Source: Phoronis australis (Eukaryota; Animalia; Phoronida). Taken from it: a DNA stretch of 51,628 nucleotides. Within the stretch, counting starts at the first letter, position 1; the number at the start of each line of letters is the position of its first letter. The stretch spans positions 1 through 51,628 of the forward strand of contig NMRA01001128.1 of assembly GCA_002633005.1 (NCBI GenBank). The letters are read 5' to 3'. A program made the position numbers and the translations under genes. Below, in pieces: positions 11,032-22,144 of this stretch. Under the pieces are notes generated by a model, which ran no database searches, was not told where the DNA came from, and saw only the letters and a program-made list of their open reading frames with translations.

Positions 11032-14000
11032 GTTCGGACTAAAAATTGTCACTTGTTCATTGTTGTTGTTGCTGAACGGTTGTTGTTCTTGTGTGGCACT
11101 TTAATCACACCTGCGCAATGTTAATTGTGGACATTTTAATGTTTTAAATTACTTTACTGTGCAGCTGTTCTAAACAACTAAAACAAAACCAAGACACCTT
11201 TTCCTTACACAATCGGTTGTCAAAGTTTCTTACAATGACAGCTTCAAATAGCTTAAAGCAGACCAACCCCTTTAAAATTTAACAACTATTCTGTTCAGTT
11301 GTAAGTTTTGTCTTGCTTTTCACTTAATGTTCAACTTCATGCAAGTGATGTCATGGCAAAGAATTCAAGTATTATAGACTAGAATTATTAGTGAACACAT
11401 CTTGAGTTGTAAGTTGTCATAAATGAAAGTGCATCCTGCGGATAGAATGACTGATGGAGGTTGTTCAATGATACACCTGTTTTAGTAACTCCCTGTTTAT
11501 AAAGCACTTCAAAGGTGGTGTAAAAGTAGTCTTTGAGAACCATTGCGCGAAACAAAAATCTTTTAGGAACGTCTCCAATTCACCTCGAACTGTGTGCACG
11601 TGATATCATTGTGGGTCTAACTTGAAAATCACCATTGGTGCATGTGTAAAAGCCTTTGTTTTACCTAGGGACCTTCATATATTAACCTCGAAAATGCCAC
11701 CTTTTGCCTTTTAGAGACAGTTATTTTCCAATAGGGCCTGTAAGTGTATGAATGAGGTTCGTTGGCATAGGTTTCTGTTAAAAGTGCGTGTTGTGGCAGG
11801 GGAGACAAATCCGAAGGTTCTCTAAAGAACAGTTGAAAGTTTGCCCGCTCCGGTGATTTAACGATCCGGTTTGCGAGATCCATAAATGCATGGATACATC
11901 GTGTATGTGTGGACCAGTTCATGAAGCTAACTAGTCATTTATGTAACCTCTCTGGTTTATTTCCTTTTTTGCCAGTGTGTTACTATATTGTACACTTTTT
12001 TCACATTTCAGTAACACTTGGGTTTTTTAGAATTAAAAATATTTTTAAACCAGTCAGGTGTTTGCGAAATGATAATTAATAGTGAATTAAATTTTTTTTA
12101 TCTTTTGCTTCTGGTAAAATCATCACTGAAGAACTGACAAAATCCATTTAATGACAAAATCCATAGCCAGTACAAGCACCTGAACCAACAACTGCAAACA
12201 ACCCCTCACCCATGCGCACCGCAACCTCAGCTGCCGCGAGATCGGAGTTGACATTCCAGGGTTAAGTTTAGTCATATTAGGACCTCACTAAAATCTTGCC
12301 AAATCATGATATTTAAAATACACGGCAATATTTAACGTAATCTCGGAAGTCTTACTTTTTAGCTTGTCACGGTGCCGCTGGCTGGGCTAGGCACGCAGGA
12401 AACCTGCGAGGCGTTACTGAACTCTGGGTGGGGCTAAAGTTCTGCCACGGCCAACATAAATTACGGTTTGTTTAATCAGCAATTTATGTTGCTCATGCGG
12501 TTAGCTGGTTCTTGAATTTTACAGGATATAGGAAATAAATTGTACTCCACACATATATCCACTTGCCTTGTGGCGGATTTGCTCTCGCGAACACTTATGT
12601 AACGGGCATATCACAATCAAGGTCCATATTCGGTCGCCACTTTTGGTTGAAAATGAAGGTTGTCATGTAAGTGTAAAAGCTATGTTATATTTAAAGTACC
12701 ATCATTCCAGGTTCACAAGAACCACCGAATAAAATTTTATGGCCTAATGCATCACAAATGTATAAAAGGGTACGTACACTACAACTTGTGGTCACAGCCC
12801 ACTTATATCATGCAAAAATTCATAAGGTACCTGTTAATTTAATAAGTTCTTGATTTAATCAAATTGAAACCTAATTCACGCCGACAGGAGACGCTTTCCA
12901 AAACGAGGCTCGTTACGATAGCTCTGCGGTTGGCCGGCATATCGACATAGTGGTTGTATTTTTGTTGCTCGAAGCGGCTAGAAAAAATACGGACACTCAA
13001 CAGAACTGCCTGTTTTACAGTCCCTAAGGACGTTGAGATTCGGAAGCGTTCCTACGTTGGGTCCTTGCCATACGCCGCGACGAGGGAAGATGTGGCCGTG
13101 TAAATAATGTTTTCGAAGTTAGATCATATTTTGTCACATCTTGGTTGCCGATATAGCAACTGAACGACCGTAGAATCTTCGGTCACATAGCCATGCTGTG
13201 TTCATGACTACGCTTTGAAACACGATGCATTTTTATTCCCAAAAAAGGAAAGGGCCCGATTTTGGGACCGGATACTGACCGTATTCCCCTCTCAAAAATA
13301 TTGAAAAATCCCCCGAAATTCCCTCCACGAGGCCTAAAAACTCCCCAAGTGATTGAAAACGTCTCTCCAAAGTTCAAATTACCTGCAACCACACGGGTGA
13401 CAATTTGAAAGAGCACAAACTGTTACTTGAGTCAGAGCCTGTGAGAGCTTGCAATAGGACGGGGGTGCTGATCGGAAGGTAGATTTTGCTCCGCCGCGAC
13501 GCATTCGGCGAAAAATGAAATCCCCTCTCAGAAGGCACAGGGACCTTTCCCCTCGGATGAACGAGGCCCCCGAATAAACATGATAACTTTTCTTACTCTG
13601 CCCAGTTAACTGAAAGTGAGCTCTAACTGAACTAGGTTATGCTTTGGACGAACGGATTAAGTGTTTTAATTTTAAAATTCACTGGTCCAGATTTATAGTT
13701 TGAAACCTAACATATGAAATAGACGTCAGAATTATTAAAACCAGGATAGCAGAATTGATCGGTCAAATAATTACTTGTAAATGTGTGCAAGCGAGTGAAT
13801 GAGAACCTGAATATAATGCGAAAGCGATTGCTCGGGCTGTGCTCGTTTTTAATTTTTTAATTTAAGAAATGGTCAAATAATTTTTTATTTACGAGCCTGT
13901 TTTTATTTTGATAAACATATATTTAATAACATCAGTTATTCTTTCAGATGAATGACAAATCAACTGTTAGTCCCGGTAGTCTCTACCTCACCAAGACCTA

Positions 14001-15094
14001 GGCTATGCTTGATTGATCAACAAATTAAATCTGATGTGACTAATTGCACATGAAAGCAAAATGCTATAAGCCACCACTGTCGAATATATCTTCAACTCGT
14101 CAACAGAACAAGAAGATGACTTGTAGAAAGCATTTTTATCAACAATTTACAAGAAGAAATGTAACCCTGCATTCAGCATAATACCTAACCTGTAACACTA
14201 CAATCGCCGTAGTTTGGTCATGTCTACTTTTCATGTTTCGAACCTAGTTTTCCGAAAGAACTCATACCCTTTCGTCAGACAACTTTTTGATGCATTGACC
14301 TGTTCTCTAATGTATTTTTTTCTACGTCTCTGAGGTTAGTTATCGACACATTTTTAAGATTTAACATCCAGGTCGGACTCGAAAGACCGGCCATTTAACT
14401 CACGCAATGTCAACTTCAGCTTTGTTTATCGCAGTGAGACTCGCTTTGGATTTTAATGTCCGCCGCGTGAGTTGGGTCTATACTAAAGTAAAAAAAGTTA
14501 TTACCGTGCTGATAAGTTGTTCTAGATGATGATAAATTGCATAATCTTAATACAGTGTAATGAGAACTTCTTCTCTTGCAATATGATTCTTACAAAAAGA
14601 AAATGACCAGTAACTACTTTTTTCAAAAACTTTATTGGTGCTATTTGCCTAGCTTTTAATACATTCACCAGTTGGTCAAAATAGCTAAATCAGTGCTAGG
14701 CCCAGTGTTCAACTTGTAAACAGTAAAAATGGTACTGGTTAGTGGGGGGTACATACACTACGCACAGTCAATCAACGTCAAATTTTACTAAGTTACAAAT
14801 GTATGGGATGGTCTCGAGATTTGTGCTGCCTCCACTTTGTTGGTTTGTTGCAAGTTGTCTTGAGAGATAGAGAACCTGCCTCTGCAACATCAGTTGTCAC
14901 ATGACATGTCCTCTAGGATGTTTCTAGCCAAGTCCTGTGTGGCATTTTATTGCCCACAAAATTTGATAATTGTCTATTTGTTGTCAGACTGGATGCATTT
15001 TGGAAATATCAGTATTGTTCATGAGAACAGCAGTACGTAAAAATAGTTGTGGGCAATGCTTTATATTTATAGTACAGAGGTTGAATGTACGTAT

Positions 15095-15835
15095 ACGTAC
15101 ACTACAAAGGGGTACGCAGTCCTACACTACATTTCAATGACTTGTCGGGTTTATAGAAATACCTAGTATCTACTGAGAATTAGTTCATTTACCAAATCTA
15201 TTTAAAGAGAACAAATAAGAACTGCAGCATACATGTGCATATCTGTCTGTCATTCTTTGAAAACAGACACATGTTAAAATATAGGGGTACGTACACTACA
15301 CAAATGCTAATATCACACTCAAAATAAATGTATTTGCAATAAACACTCTTTTAACTTAGCATTTTTAATGGAGGAAACTGTGACAGATGTTCCTTACTTA
15401 CTGTGTAATATTTTTGTTTCATGGTATTTGTTCACGTCGGGGTACGAACACTACACAGGGGTACGTACATACACACTACATTTCTATTACATGTCACGTT
15501 TGTAACTAAATACTAAGAATCTACTGAGAGTTAGTTGATTTACTAAATCAATTCAAAGAGAAAAAATAAAAACCACAGCATTCATGTGCATATCTGCCAC
15601 ATTTTGAAAATAGGCACAAGTTAAAATATAGGGGTACGTATACTACACAAATGCTGATATTTCACTCAAAACAAATGTATTTGTAAAAAACACCTTTTTA
15701 ACCTAACATTTTTAAGGAAGGAAATTGTCTATCACTAATATTGATCACTTGCCAAGTGATATTTTAATTTCATGGCATTTGTAAACATGGGGGTACGTAT
15801 ACTACAAAAGGGGGTACGTAGGCCTACACTACATC
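15095..15835 (+). repeat. About 347-bp tandem repeat (roughly 2.1 copies) rich in the GGGGTACGTACACTACA motif
   Basis: Unit landmarks at 15284 and 15631; the motif also occurs at about 12768, 14745 and 15970. Confidence 0.8.
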
Positions 15836-16474
15836 ACTGTTCCTGCATCCCATGGTAACATAATGCTGTATGGTCATTTATTTTTCTTTGATGATAATAA
15901 GCACCATGTTGTTATTTAAAAGGCAATAATTTCATTTTCAATGGCCATTTGTGTTACTGAATTCCACATGGGGTACTTACACTACATTTTGTTAGCCTTT
16001 TTCACTTGGCCCATTTTCAACATAGCAGAACCCAGGCAATATCGAAACCTTTGGTTTGTTTAGATATTGACTAGTTTGCTGTGCTGCCTAGGCTAACATA
16101 TTCTGCAGTTCTTTTTTTACAGAGTGTGAACTTCAGTCTTTAACCTTCTTTACAGTAGGTTATTAGAAACACAGAATTTACAAATTTCGTAACGAGTGCC
16201 TGTTTTATGATGAACCCTACCATTTCTCAATGATTAAGCACAGCTACTAATACTATTTGCAAACGACTTTCAATGTGTATTTTGTGTGAAATGCTTTCAC
16301 CAAAATCTTTTTCGAATGCAGAAAAGCGGTCGACTTTCCAAGAAATTAGACTTAACTTTCACCTGTATAGATTCCTTATATTAGTCATTGTGACTGTAAA
16401 CTCTGACCTGCTTAATCACAGTATTGTGTACACTCCAGGAGAATGGTACGTAATGTCTAAACTCCTAATGCGTT

Positions 16475-17422
16475 GTCCACAGGGCAGCTATCGCATTAGC
16501 AATGTCTTCACGGCAACACAGTACTGGCTGAAGCAAGTTGAAATGTTAAGGATGGACATGTAAATTTTAAGTTAATTTGTTTGGTTTCTGGATTTGAATT
16601 TCTCGTGGAAAGTTATTGTAGAATCTTTCATTCACGCAACAAAGAGGATGAAAATTGGTTTACAACGTCTGCAATGGGTTTGTATTTCTTGTCAACAGTT
16701 TTGAGTTAATACAACCAAAGCAATAAAGAATCTAACCGAGTTCACTCATCGACATAAACAAAAGTCCCAACTCTGCAGACATCATTACAAACCAACTGCA
16801 CTGCAGATCCCTTTAATTCATCCATGACAATTTAGCAGACATGCAATTTAATGCAATACCTCACACATTGTTTNGAACCCCTGTTTTGTGCAAATTTATT
16901 GAGTTTTATGTTTGCTATGGACGGCTGAAGTGGAGCACCCGTGGAATTTCAAGTCCGAAGTGTCATACCTTGTAGTATTATATGTAGTGTATTGGGGACG
17001 ATCAGAAGCTGAGGACGCCTGTGGTCCACAGGGCAGCTATCGCATTAGCAATGTCTTCACGGAAATACAGTACTGGCTGAAGCAAGTTGAAATGTTAAGG
17101 ATGGACACGTAAATTTTAAGTTAATTTGTTTGGTTTCTGGATTTGAATTTCTCGTGGAAAGTTATTGTAGAATCTTTCATTCACGCAACAAAGAGGATAA
17201 AAATTGGTTTACAACGACTGCGATGGGTTTGTATTTCTTGTCAACAGTTTTGAGTTAATACAACCAATGCAATAAAGAATCTAACCGAGTTCACTCATCG
17301 ACATAAACAGAAGTCCCAACTCTGCAGACATCATTACAAACCAACAGCAATTCAGATCCCTTTATTTCATCCATGACAACTTAGCAGACATGCAATTTAA
17401 TGCAATACCTCACACATTGTTT
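16475..17422 (+). repeat. About 400-bp direct duplication across the N at 16874; probable haplotype overlap
   Basis: gtccacagggcagc...cacacattgttt occurs twice with few SNPs. Confidence 0.8.
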
Positions 17423-17734
17423 AGGACACTTCTAACTTTTCCAGACTGCAGTCAGCGTGTGCTGTCATCTTCATAATTGAGCAAGTGCAAGGCATGGTCA
17501 TGTCACTCATAAATACTGGTGTGCCGACCACACCACTAGAAGGTGTGCCAACCACGAACATAAAAGCCACGAGTCTCAGAGATGACTCACTTAGACTCTA
17601 AAGTCAGAGTGCAGGCAAAGGACTTCGTAGTGTATAGACCTATGTACTTAGTATTTCCATATTAGTGGATCTCTTCAGCAGGCAATATACATGTTATACC
17701 AAAATATTGCGCTACTACCTACACAAGGATAAAG

Positions 17735-18328
17735 ATGACCGTCATAATGGCTCAACATTTTCACGTGCCTGTACCGCCAACTAATTACTGGCCCACCGGA
17801 CTGGACACTCCATCTCTCAAGTTTGAACAGTTCCTTGAAATGCTGGAGGACTACTTTGTATTAACGGACACAAACCAAAAGGAAGGCAACCACCTCTCGC
17901 ATCAACAGAAAAATATGCTACTACGGTCGTTTCTGGGACCTACGTGTACGGCTATTGCTCAATTGGATGCCCATCTCAATGGCATAACGTACAAATCAAC
18001 CAATACTACATATGCTGCGTATGTGACGGTGACCAAGGAGATTTTCGACCGACCGGTAAATCATGTAAGGGCGCATTTCAATTTTGACAATAGATCTCAG
18101 TTACCGAATGAGTCTGTCTCCGAATTCTTACAAGCACTGCGCTCATTACAGAGTGATTGTGACTTTAAGGGAAACCCGGATTACCTTCTGGGTATCCGGT
18201 TTGTTCAGGGCTTGTACAACAAAGAGGCCCAAACTCGCATACTTCAAGAGAAAGACATTGATTTAGCTCGTTTTATTGATATTGCCAAGAATGAAGAAAC
18301 TATACCCAGCAAACCTCCAAGGTTTTAA
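17735..18328 (+). CDS. gag: Retrotransposon Gag capsid region (frameshifted from the downstream part)
   Basis: FDNRSQLPNESVSEFLQALRSLQSDCDF resembles the Gypsy major-homology region (R-Q--E----F---L------C-F). Confidence 0.8.
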   Translation: MTVIMAQHFHVPVPPTNYWPTGLDTPSLKFEQFLEMLEDYFVLTDTNQKEGNHLSHQQKNMLLRSFLGPTCTAIAQLDAHLNGITYKSTNTTYAAYVTVTKEIFDRPVNHVRAHFNFDNRSQLPNESVSEFLQALRSLQSDCDFKGNPDYLLGIRFVQGLYNKEAQTRILQEKDIDLARFIDIAKNEETIPSKPPRF

Positions 18329-18357
18329 GTGAACAGCATGGTGTTACTCATCCTCAA

Positions 18358-19095
18358 GTGGCTGCAGCTAAACTAAGAAGGCCCCACGGCCATACTGGCC
18401 ACAAACCACAACAGCATCATCAAAGACAGCACCCTAAACATCTTACTCCACAAAGCAAAACCTGTTATCGCTGTGGTTCCAAGGACCACCTGGCTAATAG
18501 TCGGGAGTGCCCAGCCATAAAGGCTACATGTCGTAACTGTCACAGAACTGGACATTGTGACCCCTGTTGCATGCAGAAAGGCTCCAGTGGTAAACAAATA
18601 AACACCATCATTCGGGCTAATACCACCGTGAAAGCCCCTGGCAAGGATGATTTTACATGTGATCTCCAATTAGTCACTCCTGCTGGTATTTTGATTCACG
18701 TGTCCGCTCTTGTTGACACCCAATCTGACCTGACATGTGTTCCCTACAATGAATCATTTAAAGCCTTGCCATTGAAATTAATGGATACTAAAGTCAAACA
18801 TTTTGATGGTACTACAATTAAAGTCATGCGAGGCCACTTTTCTACTATGGTGCATCATGCAGATCGATCTGCTACACTCACAATCTACGTTACTCCCAGC
18901 CAGTGTGCGCCCATTGCTGGGAACAATGCCATCACTGCTTTACAGTTAGTCACACTGGATGGCCCTATGCAATCAGTTCAAACCGTTACTACAAGCCGCC
19001 GCACCCGTGAAGACTGCCTTCGTCTGATAAGCAAGTACCCTAAGCTTACAGAATCTACCATTGGCTTGTTTCCTGATTTTGCACACACCATATAA
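18358..19095 (+). CDS. Gag zinc knuckles plus aspartic protease, ending at a premature stop at the start of RT
   Basis: CYRCGSKDHLANSREC and CRNCHRTGHCDPCC knuckles; ALVDTQSDLT (DTG variant) and IAGNN (ILG-D-like). The frame continues past the TAA to 19266. Confidence 0.8.
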   Translation: MAAAKLRRPHGHTGHKPQQHHQRQHPKHLTPQSKTCYRCGSKDHLANSRECPAIKATCRNCHRTGHCDPCCMQKGSSGKQINTIIRANTTVKAPGKDDFTCDLQLVTPAGILIHVSALVDTQSDLTCVPYNESFKALPLKLMDTKVKHFDGTTIKVMRGHFSTMVHHADRSATLTIYVTPSQCAPIAGNNAITALQLVTLDGPMQSVQTVTTSRRTREDCLRLISKYPKLTESTIGLFPDFAHTI

Positions 19096-19495
19096 CTGCA
19101 ACCCAATGCTGTGCCTACGCATGCGTCCCTGCGGCCGATACCATGTTACCGCTGCGGAGAAGCTGCGAAAACCATTGACCAAATAGAAGCGCAGAGAATA
19201 TGGTCCAAAATCCAGCCACAGTCCCGCTCCAACAGAGGACTGCCACCAACTCGATTTCCTCACTAACGCTTGATGAGCGGTTGGAGGTTGGTGTGCCGAC
19301 CACACACCATTAAGGTGTGCCAACTACGAACATTAAAGCCACCAGTCTCAGAGATGACTCACTGAGACTCTACAGTCAATGTGCCGGCAAAAGATTTCGT
19401 AGTTTATAGATCTCTTTACTAGTATTTCTATATTATATGTAGTTATCATCTCTTCAGCAGGCAATATACATGTATGTGTTATACACAACAAATAC

Positions 19496-21700
19496 ACTGA
19501 GCAACAAGGGCCTCAAAACAAAGTCTCGAATAACGTCTTTGCAAACCGGATACCAGTTTGAAAAAAAACTTTGTCAATATTTACTGACAAGTATAAGTCT
19601 AAGTAGAATATGCTTACTGAGAGCAACCGTATAGACTTCCAATTTAAAAAACTACGAAGAGCTAGTAAAGTAATCGAACGCTTTCGGTAAGCCAATGAGC
19701 AAACAACCTGCACTCTTCATCTGGAGCAGATCTCTGAGTCTTCAGTGAGTATTAATAATGCATCGTCACACGAATATCCTCTTTGAAAAGCACGCACGTA
19801 CTCGAGTTACTGAACAATTTATCAATGTAGACATTCGGTTGTCTGCAAATGTGCTTTTCAAAACAATATTTAGGTCTCCCTCATGATGACCTAGATCCTT
19901 CACTGGGCCGAAGCCCCTTCATGGCTGGCTCCTTAAAAAGACACTTCCTTGTTTTGTGACGGGAACGAGTATGTTTGCAACAGGTGAATGGTTTCCCGTG
20001 TGGGCAAGATGATTTGACATGTCCTCGCCGCAGTACCAACATATTGTTGGCTGCTTTCTGCTTCACTGTATTGAAGTGTCATTCTGCCATTTAAGGAGTT
20101 CATCCACGTTTACGATTTCGAATCAGGTTTGATGGCAATTCCAATGCTAACTTTTCTCCTGAAACGAGCGACGCGAGTTTTGCTCACTGTACCGGTCGGG
20201 TACAATCAACATTGGTTGGCGTCTGCACTTCAGGTTTTGAGCACGATCCCTCAGCGTGAATCAGTTAATATGCCTCCGAGATGTCCAATTTAAATGCTTA
20301 TGGCTGTCCACTGATATGTCTTTTAAACTGAATGCGCGCTTTCACAGACGCAACACAGTTGTTTGTGCCTTCGTACAAAGGGAATATACGGTCACGAGGA
20401 TTGGACATGTTAATTTATTTTTCCCAACTCGAGCGCCCAACTTATAATTGCTTGCAACCAAAGAACGTAATGTGAAAACCCATCAATGCAGCCATGAATG
20501 CAAATACGTAAGAATCCAAGAGGAAAACGTAGTAATTTGGTCCTCTGGAACTATATCGCCGTCTAAGAAGGCCTCCTGTGTTTTCAGGTCCAGTCACCCT
20601 CACGATGTAGATGCTTCAACATTACTCTGAGAGTCTCCTTACCGACATTTCCATTTGTGATACATTGCAAATGAATGAATCTGTATCCATGCAACTATTT
20701 CCACTTGGCCAGTAGCTTGGTGACAAACTCGACTACGTACGTCATCCAATCATCTACATCAATAAATCTCTTACGTCTGCCTGCCGTTCACTCACGACGT
20801 AACTGAATCCTTGAGCGAGTCAGAACAGTTCATGTTTCAACTTGGCTGAGCCCGAGATGAAAGAGATTCGTCACGGCAGCTTCCATTTTGAAGATGAGCC
20901 CCTTTTTCATCACGTGCTCGTGAAATAACTAGGGCGCCTGACTCGTAAGTCGAGCGCTCGAGTTAGGGAATATATATTATCTGTCCTCTCCCAGCCACCA
21001 TAGAAATACGTTGTAGCAACTTCGAAAGAAAAAAAATCGCATAGTTACATTCATTTAAGAGTCCAGCACGGAACCAGTACATTGCATTCTGCTCGTAAAC
21101 TGCTTACTTGAGAAACTTGACAACCCAGATGTAAGTTTGTGTAACTGCATGACCCAGACTAATCGCAGCTCTTTTTGCCTCTGGAGAAAACTTGGCTATG
21201 CTGTAAAGGACGTGACCGGGGAGTGGCAGTAGTTCTCGGAAGTTGTTTTGTGTGAAAGAGGTCCGCTATTTTTAGAGCACGCGATATTTTTGCTGTATAC
21301 AGGTGCTCTTCAGAAGAACAGAAATTACAAAAATCTGGTTGGTAAAGGCATTTCTCACATGACCTGTGGGGAATGTGTTACGATACGACTGGTTAATAAC
21401 ACCGAGTGCGCATTTTTTGATATTACAAGGGAGAATCACAAAGTATTGCAAAGTAGAAATCCATACGCTTTACATTTTATTGTCTGCAAAACATCAAAAA
21501 CAACCAAACGCGTGCCAACCAAACAATGCCGGAATTCCGAGAAGGTGACAAGGTTATGATTGACAAATCGGCTGTTGCAATGGTACGTACTCCTAGTCGG
21601 AAGGACATGCAAACAACTCCTTAAACGGACCCATCTTCGTCGGCGAATTCCATATCCACGTTCATTCCAATGAAGACGAGCCCCAACTAAAGTAACGCGT
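19496..21700 (+). pseudogene. Highly decayed older Gypsy pol relic
   Basis: Scattered motif echoes in the expected order: YDFESGLMAIPM (~20111, RT), RHPIIYINKSLTSA (~20740, RNase H), GISHMTCGEC (~21350, integrase zinc finger), FREGDKV (~21535). Many stops and frameshifts. Confidence 0.4.
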
Positions 21701-22024
21701 CGCGACTGCCTAGCTGTGCTGTCTCAAGGTCAGTGCCCACTCGCGGGGAAGCCTTGTTGACTGTTATTTATAAACATTTTTAAAGTTTTAATATCAGAGT
21801 TTCAAAGACTATTTGTTAAATTCTAACTTGCATATTTGCCACGAAAGCTGAACGCAAGTTACAATTGTTAAACTTAAGATAAAAATATTGACAAAAAGTA
21901 ACTGAATTACTTTACATTGTGCAAGCCGGTGTTTTTACAAAAGTTGGGTCATGCGGTTGAAAGTTTTAGATAGGTCGAGTTTTTTGGAAAAAAAGATAGT
22001 TTTTACGGTTCATGTGAGAAAACA

Positions 22025-22144
22025 AATCCTACACTAGTCTCAGATTTATGACAGGGGCAAAACATCTTGGAAATTTTGTCAAAATCCCGAGGCTTGCCGA
22101 GGGATTTTGACGAAATTCCATAAACCTGAGATTCGTGTAGGATT
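22025..22144. repeat. Long imperfect palindrome with CCCGAGGCTTGCCGAGGG centre
   Basis: Arms aatcctacac..tctcagatttatg..ggaaattttgtcaaaatccc and gggattttgacgaaattcc ataaacctgaga..gtgtaggatt; about 18-bp insertion in the left arm. Confidence 0.8.

Larger units (their letters stand above)
17517..19490 (+). mobile_element. Internally deleted Ty3/Gypsy LTR retrotransposon (gag-protease only)
   Basis: LTRs at 17517-~17704 and 19289-19490, TG...CA ends, 5-bp TSD aatac (17512-16 / 19491-95), and a purine-rich tract before the 3' LTR. Confidence 0.9.

Noticed and set aside
14222-14283. Penelope-type hammerhead ribozyme on the minus strand (CTGACGA...GAAA...TA)
   Set aside because: The core words are present, but stems I and III do not pair convincingly. 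At best a decayed relic.
18295-18328. Programmed -1 frameshift between the two Gypsy ORFs
   Set aside because: There is no X XXY YYZ slippery heptamer in the short overlap, and the break falls within Gag between capsid and zinc knuckles. A 1-nt deletion is simpler.
17735-19095. Domesticated gag gene (PEG10/Arc-like)
   Set aside because: Both LTRs and the TSD remain, and the coding region has a frameshift, a stop and a DTQ protease site. Nothing in the sequence shows host exaptation.
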